Of a DNA stretch of 64,000 bases, positions 23,168 to 33,039 are shown piece by piece. The number at the start of each line of letters is the position of its first letter. The first letter of the stretch is position 1. The notes beneath the pieces were generated by a model that made no database searches, was not told the origin of the DNA, and saw only the letters and a program-made list of their open reading frames with translations. A program made the position numbers and the translations under genes. Source of the stretch: Thermoanaerobaculia bacterium (GTDB lineage Bacteria; Acidobacteriota; Thermoanaerobaculia; UBA5066). The stretch is from contig JBBRRY010000003.1 in the NCBI GenBank assembly GCA_038245905.1, positions 64,001 to 128,000 on the forward strand. Reading direction: 5' to 3'.

Positions 23168-24133
23168 TTACCGGAAAACGGCGTGCCAGTCCGAATGCGG
23201 CACGCGATTCTCGACGATCCAGCCGCGCAGGAGCTCCCTGTAGGTACGCGGCGCGATGCCCTCCTGCGTGAAGAAGGGCTCAAGGGAGGCGTTCAGGGCG
23301 GGGAGGCGGTAGAAAGGAACAGCCGGAAAGTAATGATGCTCGAGGTGGAGATTCGACCAGAGGTAGACGAACTCCCAGAGCGGCGCGCGTGCCATCCGCG
23401 TGCCCCACTTCGCGGGCTCCGCGGGCACGATGTCGTAGTGCTGCCCGAGGCGGTTGAGAGCGAAGGCGGGCGGGAAGACGAGAAAGACCGGCACGAGGTA
23501 GAGCCAGACGAGCCGCGCGGCACCGCCGAAGAAGAAGATCGCGGCCGCGGCGGCAAGGTGCAGCCCGATCGCCGCGAGGCGCTCGCCCCTGATCCTTTGC
23601 TGGAGCGTCTCCGGATAAGTGGCGGTCTCCTTTCCGGCCGCGCGGAAGTAGATCGGGAAGAGCGCCGGTGTCGCGTAGAGCAGCTTCAGCCAGCGCACGT
23701 TCTTCTTCGGAGAGAGGTGCGCGCGCTTCGGGTCGTCCGTGAAAGAGCCGAGCTCGGCGTGGTGGTCGAGGTGCCAGCGCGTGAACTGCGCCGGTGAGAT
23801 GCCGGAGGGGAGCGCGTAGAGGAGGCCGAGGATGCGGTAGGCGCGCGGGCGGTCGCCGTCGTAAACCGTCTTATGGACGACCTCGTGAAGAAGAACGGTC
23901 CCGTCGAAGACGACGAAGCCGAGGACGAGCGCGCAAGGGATCCGTACGAGCAGGCTCTCGAAGTGCCAACCGAGCGCGAACGCGCCGGCGAAGAGGACGA
24001 GCTGGCGCAGCACCACCGCGAAGTGCCGGGTGGGGCTCTTCCGGTGGAGCTCCTTCAGGACCTCGTTCGGCACGGCAGCCGCGAGCCGCTTCCGGAGGTC
24101 CCCGATCGCGCTGTTGTAGTACCCGGACTTCAT
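23168..24133 (-). CDS. membrane fatty acid desaturase/hydroxylase family protein
   Basis: His boxes HEVVH, HLDHH, HLEHH. Confidence 0.85.
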   Translation of the reverse strand: MKSGYYNSAIGDLRKRLAAAVPNEVLKELHRKSPTRHFAVVLRQLVLFAGAFALGWHFESLLVRIPCALVLGFVVFDGTVLLHEVVHKTVYDGDRPRAYRILGLLYALPSGISPAQFTRWHLDHHAELGSFTDDPKRAHLSPKKNVRWLKLLYATPALFPIYFRAAGKETATYPETLQQRIRGERLAAIGLHLAAAAAIFFFGGAARLVWLYLVPVFLVFPPAFALNRLGQHYDIVPAEPAKWGTRMARAPLWEFVYLWSNLHLEHHYFPAVPFYRLPALNASLEPFFTQEGIAPRTYRELLRGWIVENRVPHSDWHAVFR

Positions 24134-25119
24134 TGCCCCAAGGTTACGTCAACGTCCGGCGCGGTCGACGTATTCCCCGGGGTGTCCTGGGACCCTCCGA
24201 CTTCTTCCGCGACGAGATAGAGCGGGCGCCCCTTCACCTCGTCGTAGATCCTTCCGAGATACTCCCCGAGGACGCCGATCATGAGGAGCTGCACGCCGCC
24301 GAGGAGGAGGATCCAGCCCATGAGGGTCGTCCAGCCGCGCTCGTTGATCCCGAGCACCTTGAGCGCGACGACGACGACGATGTAGAGGAACGCGAAGAAA
24401 GACACGGCAAAACCGAGCCACGTCGCGAGCTGAAGAGGAACGTGGCTGAACGACGTGAGGCCGTCGAGCGCGAACCGCAGCATCTTGCGAAGGGGAAACT
24501 TCGTCTCCCCCCGTGTCCGGGGCGGCCGCACGTACAGAACGCCCGTCTGGCGGAATCCCACCCACGCCGTCATGCCGCGGATGAAGCGGTGCCGCTCGCG
24601 CAGGCGCCGGAACGCGGCGACGGCCCGGGGGCCCATGAGGCGGAAGTCGCCGACGTCGACGGGGATGTCGACGTTCGTCCAGCGCTTGAGAAGCCGGTAG
24701 AAGACGTGCGCGGTCCAGAGCTTGAAAGCGCTCTCGCCCTCCCGCTTGCTGCGTTGCGCATAGACGACCTCGTACCCCTCGTCGACCTTCTTCAGCATCT
24801 CGGAGAGAAGCTCGGGCGGGTCCTGCAGGTCCGCGTCCATCACGGCGACGACTCGGCCGCGCGCGGCGTCGACCCCCGCGGTGAGCGCCATCTGGTGGCC
24901 GAAATTGCGGGAGAACCGAAGCGCCCGGACGCGTGGGTCCCGGCGCGCGAAGACGGCCATCTTCTCGAACGACGCGTCGCTCGAGCCGTCGTCCACGTAG
25001 ACGATCTCCCACGTGCGAGACGTGGCCGTGAGGGCGCGTTGGAGCCGGTCGTTCAGCTCGTCGAGGTTCTCGACCTCGTTGAAAACGGGCAGCGCGACAG
25101 AGATGTCCGGACGGTTCAC
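24130..25119 (-). CDS. GT2 polyprenol-phosphate glycosyltransferase (GtrB/YkcC-like)
   Basis: PVFNE, VDDGSSD, SRNFGHQ, DADLQDPPE, GDFRL, RFIRG, two C-terminal TMs; GTG start overlaps upstream stop. Confidence 0.9.
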   Translation of the reverse strand: MNRPDISVALPVFNEVENLDELNDRLQRALTATSRTWEIVYVDDGSSDASFEKMAVFARRDPRVRALRFSRNFGHQMALTAGVDAARGRVVAVMDADLQDPPELLSEMLKKVDEGYEVVYAQRSKREGESAFKLWTAHVFYRLLKRWTNVDIPVDVGDFRLMGPRAVAAFRRLRERHRFIRGMTAWVGFRQTGVLYVRPPRTRGETKFPLRKMLRFALDGLTSFSHVPLQLATWLGFAVSFFAFLYIVVVVALKVLGINERGWTTLMGWILLLGGVQLLMIGVLGEYLGRIYDEVKGRPLYLVAEEVGGSQDTPGNTSTAPDVDVTLGQ

Positions 25120-26840
25120 GAGGGGCTCTTCGCTTCCGAGGGTGCGTCCACGGTGGACGCAGGCGCGGGCGGCGGGGGCGGCGCCGTGGCCGGACCCGTC
25201 CGCCGGAAGACCGTTACCCAGACGGAGCCGATCGGATTGTTGCCGTCGGCGCGGTCCCAGGTCTCCCGCGTGAAGACGTAGAGGAGAAGCTGTTTGAGGT
25301 TCGGCCGGAGCGGCGAGAGCGACGTGTCGGGAATCCACCAGGCGCGGAACGGCACCCGATCGCGCTTGTAGGCCGGCCCGAGGATCTCGGCCTGCTTGTC
25401 GGCATCGACCTCGTCGCACAGGACGATCGGCGGACGCAGATCGCCTTTCGGGGCCTGCCAGTTCACCGGGGCCCTGCGGACGTACCAGCTCATCGGCCAA
25501 CCCGCTTCTCCCGAGACGATGGCGGCGGGCACCTCACCGACCTTTCCGTACGCGAGGATTTCGTCCACGATCGCCAGCAGCTCCGGACAGGTCTGGACCT
25601 GAATCGTCGATTCCGCCTTGCGTGAATTGGGCGTGAGGACGGGATAGACGAAGGAGAGGGTCACCGCGGTCAGGAGGGACGCGGCCGCCACCGCCGCGCC
25701 GCCGAGGCGCGCGCGCGAACCCTTCTCCGCGAGGAGAGCCCACGCGGCGCCGGCGAGCGGCAGGAAGGGGAGCACCTGGTGGACGATGAGCCAGCCCGCC
25801 TTCTCGCCGAGGTAGGCGTACATCGCGACGGACGAGAGCGACCAGCCCGCGAGGAAGCGCTCGGCGAACGTGAACCGGGACCAGCGCGTCGCGATGAGTG
25901 CGAGCGCCGGAAGAACGATCGCGAACTCGTACTGCAGGAGACGGGGCAGGTAGAACGTCTTCGGGCCGCCGACGCGCTCCATCTTGTGCTGGCCCCACCA
26001 GTAGGAGATGGCGTCGAAGACGGGATTTCCCGATTCGGGGTGGACGAGGAAGAAGGTGTAAAGAACCTCCGACACGCAGAAGAATAGGAGGAGGGCGCCG
26101 AGGAGCGGCACGGTGTGCGCTTCGAGCCAGTCGATGAGGCGGCGAAGCCGGTTCCACACGTCAAGCCCGCGTCCGGGCTCGGCCCACGCGGCCGCGACCG
26201 AGGGCACCATGAGCGCGAGTAGGACGTAGAAGTTCTCCTTCGACGCGAAAGCGACCGAAGCCGAAAGGGAGGCGAAACAAAGATCGCGCAGGCGCCCGCG
26301 CGCGAGGTACTGGTCGAGCCAGAGGAAGAGTCCGGCCGTGCCGACAAGACTCCAGACGTCATCGCGGCAGAAGCGCGTGTAATAGAGGAGGTTTGGCGAA
26401 AATGCGGCGAGGGCGCCCGTGGCAAATGCCGTTCCGGAGCCGAAGCGCCTTCGCAGGAGCAGCGCCATCGCCGACAAGGCGACGCCCGCGAGCGCCGGAG
26501 CGAGGCGGGCCGTGAAGTCGGACGTTCCGTCCCACGTCCTGGCGGCCGCGAATCCCGTCAGGAAGCCGACCGCCTTACCGACGACGGAAGAGACGGCGAA
26601 GGCAGCCGAGACCGCGAGGTACTGTACCGGTCCGTGGTAGACGGGGTCGTACTTGTACGTGCCGTCCTGCAGGAGGTGCAGCGCGGCCCAGGCGTGGATG
26701 GCCTCGTCGTGGTGGAGCGCGTGCGATCCGAGCTGCACGAGGTGGAGAAGCATCGAGAGCGCGAAAAGCGCAATCCAGGCCTTTTTCTCGAGTTCCGAGA
26801 ACGGCGGTTCGGCGGCGGAGCGGAGGCCGGCTTCGTTCAT
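25116..26840 (-). CDS. TIGR03663/Agl23-like GT-C membrane protein
   Basis: HHDEAIH, YKYDPVYHGP, YYTRFCRDD, SKEN, WPMSWY. Confidence 0.8.
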   Translation of the reverse strand: MNEAGLRSAAEPPFSELEKKAWIALFALSMLLHLVQLGSHALHHDEAIHAWAALHLLQDGTYKYDPVYHGPVQYLAVSAAFAVSSVVGKAVGFLTGFAAARTWDGTSDFTARLAPALAGVALSAMALLLRRRFGSGTAFATGALAAFSPNLLYYTRFCRDDVWSLVGTAGLFLWLDQYLARGRLRDLCFASLSASVAFASKENFYVLLALMVPSVAAAWAEPGRGLDVWNRLRRLIDWLEAHTVPLLGALLLFFCVSEVLYTFFLVHPESGNPVFDAISYWWGQHKMERVGGPKTFYLPRLLQYEFAIVLPALALIATRWSRFTFAERFLAGWSLSSVAMYAYLGEKAGWLIVHQVLPFLPLAGAAWALLAEKGSRARLGGAAVAAASLLTAVTLSFVYPVLTPNSRKAESTIQVQTCPELLAIVDEILAYGKVGEVPAAIVSGEAGWPMSWYVRRAPVNWQAPKGDLRPPIVLCDEVDADKQAEILGPAYKRDRVPFRAWWIPDTSLSPLRPNLKQLLLYVFTRETWDRADGNNPIGSVWVTVFRRTGPATAPPPPPAPASTVDAPSEAKSPS

Positions 26841-28924
26841 TTCAGGATCTCGTAGACCGCGGCGTCGCCGGCCGCGAACGCGCGATGGAAGTTGGCGCGC
26901 ATCGGGAATGCGCTCGGGCCGAAGTCACGCTTCTCGAGGGCGCCGACGAAGACGTAGCGCACCTTATAGCGATGCAGGAGGTTGAACACGGCCTCGGAGT
27001 CTTCGGAGGAGTAGATCGTCCGGAGGGCGTCCTTGCGGGCCGTCGTCTCGGCGAGAAAACGGCCGCCGCGCCACAGGCCTTCGTGGTTCTCCCAGCCGAG
27101 GACGATCGGAATTCCCGTGGCGGCCCCGATGCGCCCGTAATCCGTGTAGGCGTTGCCGGTCGCCTCCGCGAGGACCGCGCCGTCCACGGCGTGGGAGCGG
27201 AGCCAGAAAATTGTGTCGCGGTCACCGGGCGCCTCGCGCTTCATCCAGCCGAGTCCGTCCAGCCCGTCGAGGGGGCCGGTCCACTTCGCGCGGAAGACGA
27301 TCGCCGCGAGCGGGTGGGCGAGGGCGCCGACGAGGGCAACGGAGACGGCGATGCGAACGAAGACGCGCGCGTGTCTCGTGGCGAGCGCGAGCGGCAGGAG
27401 AAGCGCTCCGCCGATCACGAGAAGAGGCCAGGCTCCCATGAAACACTTGAAGACGGTGTTCATGCGGCGCATCTGCTCGCCGTAGGTGTCGGAGACGAGG
27501 ACGACGTCCGGCACGGCCGCGAGGACTGCGCCCGATGCGGCCAGGAGAAGCCCGGCCCGGATCGCCCCGGCAGGCGGCGCGGGATCTCCGGGCGACGTCT
27601 CCTTGAGAAGCAGCCAGAGCACGCCGGCGGCGAAGCCAGCCGCAAGAGAAAAGACTGGCTTTTTCGTGAGAACGGTGAGCGCGAGAGCCAGCGCGGGAAA
27701 CACGCACGCGGCGACGAGCGCCCGGTCGGCGCGCGCCTGGCTGCGGACGAGGGCGATCCCGAACGCGAGGGCCGGAATCACCGCAAGGACGCCGAAATGA
27801 AGGAAGGCGTCCGCGGACCCCGTCCCCTCCTTCCACCACGAGAGGCCGTTGAACGCGGGGCGCGGGGAAAGCGCGAAGGGCACGAGAAAGAAGGCGGCGG
27901 GAACCAGCGTCGCGAGGCTGCGGATGAACGCGGGCCTGAAGTCCCTCTCGGCGAAGTTGCCCGCACCCAGGACGAGGAGGGACGCGGGAAGGTCCCAGGG
28001 GTTCGCCGAGACGACGGCCGCGAGGAGCAGGGCGTCGAGCATGGTCCCGCCCACGCGGGAGATCCGGCCTGCGAGGCCGAGAAACGTCACTAAAAACGGG
28101 AAGATGACCGCATGCGGGTGCAGGTCTCCGAGGCGGAATGTGAAAAAGGGCCACTCCGTGATCGCGTTCTCGACCCGCCGCGAGGAGACCCACCAGACGT
28201 CGACGCCGGCGAGCGGCTTGTCGCCAAGGATCTGTCGCGCCCCGTCGAACGTGCCGCCGAGGACTAGAAGGAGGCTGCCGAAGACCGCGATCCCGCTCCC
28301 GCCGCGGCGAGCGCGGACCGCGCCGAAACCCGCGAGCGCCGCGAGGGCCGGCAGGAGGGCTGCGATCAGGTTGTAGGCGTACTCCGAGGGGACGCGGGCC
28401 ACACGGGCAGGGAGGGCGAACAGATACGTCCCGAAGTGGTAGTACGGAAACCGCTCGCCGGAAAGCCACGGATCCGGCAACGGGAGGCGCGCGGTCGTCA
28501 TGAGGCCCGACAGGACGGCGAAGTCCATCGGCTTCTCCGTATTGCGAATCTCGGCGATGCTCCATCGGATATACAGGAAGACGAGAAAGACGCCGAAGAA
28601 GACGAGAAGGGGCAGGAAGCGCGCGCGAGAACGGGGAAGAACTCCCGGAAGGTCGGCACCGCCCCAGACGAGCCCGGCCGCCAGGGCGAGAAGCGCGAGC
28701 GGCAGCGCGAGCCGGTCGATCGGGACATAGAAGATCGACGACAACAGCCAGCCCGGCAGGGCGGCCACGACGAGGCCCACGGGCAGGGCGAAGGAGAGAA
28801 CAGAATCGGCGCGGGAGCCGGGGTCCGCTTCGTCGCCCCTGAAAAGACGGGCGAGCACGGCCGCGCCCGACGCTGCCGCCAGGAGAAGAACGAAGGCGAA
28901 AAGAAGCGCCGTCGGGACCGTCAC
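26837..28924 (-). CDS. DUF2298 (TIGR03662 'YYY') membrane protein
   Basis: EKPMDF, DPWLSG..FPYYHFG, ITEWP.FTF..GDLHPH, NPWD, RMNTVFK, LGWENHE. Confidence 0.85.
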   Translation of the reverse strand: MTVPTALLFAFVLLLAAASGAAVLARLFRGDEADPGSRADSVLSFALPVGLVVAALPGWLLSSIFYVPIDRLALPLALLALAAGLVWGGADLPGVLPRSRARFLPLLVFFGVFLVFLYIRWSIAEIRNTEKPMDFAVLSGLMTTARLPLPDPWLSGERFPYYHFGTYLFALPARVARVPSEYAYNLIAALLPALAALAGFGAVRARRGGSGIAVFGSLLLVLGGTFDGARQILGDKPLAGVDVWWVSSRRVENAITEWPFFTFRLGDLHPHAVIFPFLVTFLGLAGRISRVGGTMLDALLLAAVVSANPWDLPASLLVLGAGNFAERDFRPAFIRSLATLVPAAFFLVPFALSPRPAFNGLSWWKEGTGSADAFLHFGVLAVIPALAFGIALVRSQARADRALVAACVFPALALALTVLTKKPVFSLAAGFAAGVLWLLLKETSPGDPAPPAGAIRAGLLLAASGAVLAAVPDVVLVSDTYGEQMRRMNTVFKCFMGAWPLLVIGGALLLPLALATRHARVFVRIAVSVALVGALAHPLAAIVFRAKWTGPLDGLDGLGWMKREAPGDRDTIFWLRSHAVDGAVLAEATGNAYTDYGRIGAATGIPIVLGWENHEGLWRGGRFLAETTARKDALRTIYSSEDSEAVFNLLHRYKVRYVFVGALEKRDFGPSAFPMRANFHRAFAAGDAAVYEILK

Positions 28925-28977
28925 AGGAGGGTTTCAAGGTAGCACAACAGCCCGCCGGCCGGCTTACACTCTTCGGG

Positions 28978-30303
28978 ATGAAGAGCGCGCCCCCCCGCGT
29001 CGCCGTGATCGGCGGTGGTCTCGCCGGCCTCGTCGCGGCCGATCGCCTGCTGGGGGCAGGCCTGTCCGTCACGATCTTCGAGAAGTTTCCCGAAGCCGGC
29101 GGCCTCGTGGGCGTCGTGAACGTGGGCGGAACGCCGCTCGAAAGGTACTACCACCACCTCTTCACGAGCGACGTCGACTACGTCTCGTTCGCGAAGGAGT
29201 TCGGCCTCGAGAAGGATCTCGTCTGGTTGAAGTCACGGATGGGATTCCTGTCCGGCGGCAAGCTATACGATTTCGGCACGCCCGCTTCGCTCCTCTCGTT
29301 CACGCCGCTCGGCATCCGGGGACGGCTCGAGTTCGTTCTCTCGACCCTGAAGCTCCGCAGCGACGCGGATTGGAAGAGTCTCGAAGGCGAGACCGCGATG
29401 GGCTGGATGCGCCGGAAGGGTTACGGCCGCGCGCTCGACGCCGTCTGGGGGCCGCTCCTCCGGCAGAAGTACGGCCGCCGCGCGGAAGACGTGGGCCTCG
29501 TGTGGCTGTGGGGAAAGATCTCGCTCCGAACGCGCTCGCGGGACAAGACGGGTCTCGGCGAGCGTCTCGGCTATCTGAGGGGCTCCTTCGGGCGCGGCGT
29601 CGCGGCGGTCCTCGCGCGCGTCGTGGACCGTGGCGGCGACGTCAGGACCTCTCGCCCCGTCCGGATCGTAAAGCGTTCGGGCACCGGTTTCGACGTGACC
29701 TCTCTGGGAAGCGCGGGGGGCACGGAGTCGTTCGACCTCGTTCTGTCGACGGTCGCGATCCCGGAGCTCCTGAGACTCGCGCCGGACCTTCCGGAAGAAA
29801 CGCGGAAAGCCTGGGCGGCGATTTCCTATTGCCACGCCCTCTGCCCGATTCTCGAGCTCGACCGCTCGCTCTCGCCTTACTACTGGCTGAACGTCGGCGA
29901 CGACTCCATGCCGTTCGGCGGCGTCATCGAGCACACGAACTTCCTCTCCCCCGAGGATTACGGCGGGCGCCACGTCGTTTACATTTCGAACTACGTGCTG
30001 CCCGACGATCCGAAGTGGAAAATGCGCGACGAAGACCTGTGGGCGGAATACCTCCCCGCGCTTAAAGTGATCAACCCGGCCTTCGACGAGAGCTGGATCC
30101 TCGCGAAGCAGATCGGGCGCGCGGAGTACGCGCAACCGATCGTCGTCCCCCACTACTCGAAGCTTCTCCCGCCGCTTCAGACCCCCGTCGAGGGACTCTG
30201 GTCCGCGTGCATGGCGCAGACATACCCGGAGGACCGCGGCCAGAATTACGCGATCCGGATCGGGCGCGACGCGGCGGACGCGATCCTGAAGTCTGTGCGG
30301 TAA
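28978..30303 (+). CDS. FAD-dependent oxidoreductase (amine oxidase/protoporphyrinogen oxidase-like, glycan-locus type)
   Basis: GGGLAG Rossmann motif, LERYYHHLF, YWLNV, IEHTN, YPEDRGQNYA. Confidence 0.8.
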   Translation: MKSAPPRVAVIGGGLAGLVAADRLLGAGLSVTIFEKFPEAGGLVGVVNVGGTPLERYYHHLFTSDVDYVSFAKEFGLEKDLVWLKSRMGFLSGGKLYDFGTPASLLSFTPLGIRGRLEFVLSTLKLRSDADWKSLEGETAMGWMRRKGYGRALDAVWGPLLRQKYGRRAEDVGLVWLWGKISLRTRSRDKTGLGERLGYLRGSFGRGVAAVLARVVDRGGDVRTSRPVRIVKRSGTGFDVTSLGSAGGTESFDLVLSTVAIPELLRLAPDLPEETRKAWAAISYCHALCPILELDRSLSPYYWLNVGDDSMPFGGVIEHTNFLSPEDYGGRHVVYISNYVLPDDPKWKMRDEDLWAEYLPALKVINPAFDESWILAKQIGRAEYAQPIVVPHYSKLLPPLQTPVEGLWSACMAQTYPEDRGQNYAIRIGRDAADAILKSVR

Positions 30304-30331
30304 GAGTGGCCGTTCGCTAGACTCCCTGATC

Positions 30332-30667
30332 ATGCGAAACGTCGATTTCTACTACCACCGCAACGGTTGAACGAGCTGCGGCCGCACCCGTGAGGTGCTG
30401 GACGCCCGGAAAATCAACGTCAAGACGACGCGCAAGGCGAAGTCGGAGCCCCTCTCGGAAAAGGACGTTCGCGCCCTCCTGAAGGAGGTCGACGAGGTCG
30501 TCGTCGCGAAGGGAAAATCCGCGCGGACCGTGTCGGCGCACGACGCGACCCTCGACGATCTCCGCGGACCTACAGGCAACTTTCGCGCGCCGATGATGCG
30601 GATCGGGCGGCGCCTCCTTGTCGGTTTCCACGAGGAATCGCTCCTCAAAGAGCTCGGCACGCGCTGA
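30332..30667 (+). CDS. ArsC/Spx-like thioredoxin-fold selenoprotein (U-x-x-C)
   Basis: ATG 30332 MRNVDFYYHRNG-[TGA 30368]-TSCGRTREVL continues in frame into the 30395 ORF (GPTGNFRAP, LLVGF); hairpin follows the UGA. Confidence 0.8.
30378..30405 (+). promoter_or_regulatory. putative bacterial SECIS element
   Basis: Stem GCACC(30384-88)/GGTGC(30394-98), loop CGTGA starting 18 nt after UGA, extendable lower stem with bulged U. Confidence 0.65.
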
Positions 30668-30670
30668 ACC

Positions 30671-31765
30671 TCAGGACTCGGGGACGAGCGGAAGCTGCGG
30701 GTCGAGGGGGGTCGCCCGCGCGAGCTCCTCGGGAGTGAGGAGGCCGTGGACGCCGACGCCGAGGAGGCGCACGGGGCGCGTCGCCGCGTCGGTCCGCTCG
30801 AGAAGCGCGACGGCGCGTGCGGCCAGCTCGTCCGCGTCCCGCGTCGGACGCCGCGTGTCGCTCCGCGTCACGGTCGTGAAGTCGCCGTAACGCACCTTCA
30901 GGACGACGGTGCGCGCGAAGAGATCGCGCCGCGCGAGCCACGAGGCATCGCGGCGCGCCATGGCGTCGATCTCCTCGCGCATCCCGGCGAGCTCGGTCAG
31001 GTCCCGCGCGTAGGTGTCTTCGGTGCTGCACGACTTCGCGCGCTGGTCGGGCACCACGCGGCGGAGATCCTCTCCATGGGCGAGCCTGAGAAGGGAGTCG
31101 GCCCAGCTCCCGACGACGCGCCGGAGCGCATCTGCGGGGATCTGCCGCACGTCCACGAGACGCACACAACCGATCGCGAGCAGCTTCTCCGCCGTCTTCG
31201 GCCCGACACCCCAGAGCGCGTCGACCGGCAGCTTCTCGAGAAAACGTTCGACTCTTTCGGGCGCGATGACGGTCAGGCCGTCCGGCTTCTTCCACCCGGA
31301 GGCGATCTTCGCGAGAAACTTGTTCGGCGCGACGCCCGCCGAGACGGTGAGGGAGGTCGCCTCGAGGACTGCCGCCTTCAGGCGCCGCGCGACCGACATG
31401 CCGAGCGGCTCGTTCCACGCGTTCTCCGTGACGTCGAGATACGCCTCGTCGAGAGAGAGCGGCTCGACGAGAGGCGTCACCGCGCGGTAGAGATCGAAGA
31501 TCTGCTTCGAGACGGCGGCGTAGCGCTTGAAGTCGGGCCGCACGATCGCTAGAGCGGGGCAGAGGCGCACGGCGCGCGCCATCGGAATCGCCGAGCGCAC
31601 GCCGAACTTTCGGGCCTCGTAGCTCGCGGCCGCGACGACGCCGCGGCCCTTCGGATCCCCGCCGACGGCAACGGGCCTTCCCCGGAGAGAGGCATCGTCG
31701 CGCTGCTCGACGGAAGTGTAGAAGGCGTCCATGTCGAGGTGGAGGATTCTGCGGGGGGCGCTCAT
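30671..31765 (-). CDS. dinB: DNA polymerase IV
   Basis: HLDMDAFYTSVE, SYEARKFGV, SLDEAYLD, NKFLAKIAS..KPDG, VRLLGV. Confidence 0.95.
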   Translation of the reverse strand: MSAPRRILHLDMDAFYTSVEQRDDASLRGRPVAVGGDPKGRGVVAAASYEARKFGVRSAIPMARAVRLCPALAIVRPDFKRYAAVSKQIFDLYRAVTPLVEPLSLDEAYLDVTENAWNEPLGMSVARRLKAAVLEATSLTVSAGVAPNKFLAKIASGWKKPDGLTVIAPERVERFLEKLPVDALWGVGPKTAEKLLAIGCVRLVDVRQIPADALRRVVGSWADSLLRLAHGEDLRRVVPDQRAKSCSTEDTYARDLTELAGMREEIDAMARRDASWLARRDLFARTVVLKVRYGDFTTVTRSDTRRPTRDADELAARAVALLERTDAATRPVRLLGVGVHGLLTPEELARATPLDPQLPLVPES

Positions 31766-33027
31766 GACGCGGGCCCGGGGAGAGCCCGTTCGAGTACCCA
31801 CGTGACGAAAAGCGCTGTCACGAGAGCCGGCAGCGTTCCTCCTATTCCGCCCGCTCCGCCCACAGATCCGGCGAGAAAGTACGCCGTGGCGCCCGCTGCC
31901 CAGCCGCACATTCCCGGGATCGCGAAGCCTCCGTGGCGGCTCTTTGGCCCGACTCCGGCGTAGAGGTCCGCGACTGCGACGGGCTTCCTCAAGAGGAAAA
32001 AGTGCGCGAGAAGGACGCCGCCGACGGGCACGAGGAGCCCGCCGAGAAGGAGCATGAAGTCCGCGTAGCGCTCGAGCCAGCCGGAGAAGAGGGAAAGCGC
32101 CGCGCCGACGATCCCGATCATCCAGATGGACGCGTGGTCGCGCGCCTTGGGGACGAGGCTCTTCCAGGCGAGGGCGGACATGTAGATGTTGACGAAGTTG
32201 GTCGTGAGCGTCGCGAGGGCGAGGAGGACGGCGCCGAGGCCGCCGATTCCCGCGGCCGCGAGCATCGCGCCGGGGTTCGTCGAGCCCGCCGCGCGCGCCG
32301 CGACGAATCCGAGCGGGAGGAACCAGAGGCTCGTCAGCGCGAGCCCGAGGAAAACGGCGACTGCCGCTTTTCCGGGCGAGCGCGTGTAGCGCGGGTAGTC
32401 GCCGAAGACGAGAAGCCATGAGACCTGATACCCGATGACGACGTCGAGGCCCCGGACGGCGGTCATCGACCCGTTGCCAGGCGCGGCGGTCAACGCGGCT
32501 GGGAGGCGCAGGCACGCGAACGTCAGGACGCCGCCGACGAGGAGGAGAAGGGGAACGGCGACGCGGTCCGCGTGAGAGACGGCGCGCGGCCCGCCCACAA
32601 CGACGGCGGCCGCAAGGAGGCCGAGGCCGAATGCCCAGAACCGCTCGCTGCCCGGCCCGCCGAAGAGGCGCGCGCACGCGGACGCGGCGATCACGTTGTT
32701 GACGGCGATCCACGCGAAGTTCGTGACATAGAGAATGAGCGAGACGAGGGCGCCGCCGCGAAGGCCGAGCGCGGCCCGGCACGCGACGACCGAAGGTACG
32801 CCGAGGCGGGGCCCGAGCGGCGTGAGCGCCGCGACCAGCCCGCTCCCGAGGACGACGCCGCCCATGACGAGAAGAGCGGCCTGTTTGAGGCCGAACGCGG
32901 GTGCGAGGCTCGCACCTGTCTGGAGCGTCGTCGCGACGAGGTTAGCCCCCGCGATGATGAGGAAAAGGTCGACGGGCGACTGCGTCTTCCCGGAGTCGGG
33001 GACCGGCCCGAGATCGGCGGCCTGCAT
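31762..33027 (-). CDS. NCS1 purine/cytosine permease (CytX-like)
   Basis: About 12 TMs; SW...GDYPRY, TTNFVNIY. Confidence 0.75.
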   Translation of the reverse strand: MQAADLGPVPDSGKTQSPVDLFLIIAGANLVATTLQTGASLAPAFGLKQAALLVMGGVVLGSGLVAALTPLGPRLGVPSVVACRAALGLRGGALVSLILYVTNFAWIAVNNVIAASACARLFGGPGSERFWAFGLGLLAAAVVVGGPRAVSHADRVAVPLLLLVGGVLTFACLRLPAALTAAPGNGSMTAVRGLDVVIGYQVSWLLVFGDYPRYTRSPGKAAVAVFLGLALTSLWFLPLGFVAARAAGSTNPGAMLAAAGIGGLGAVLLALATLTTNFVNIYMSALAWKSLVPKARDHASIWMIGIVGAALSLFSGWLERYADFMLLLGGLLVPVGGVLLAHFFLLRKPVAVADLYAGVGPKSRHGGFAIPGMCGWAAGATAYFLAGSVGGAGGIGGTLPALVTALFVTWVLERALPGPAS

Positions 33028-33039
33028 GCGAGGCCGAGC

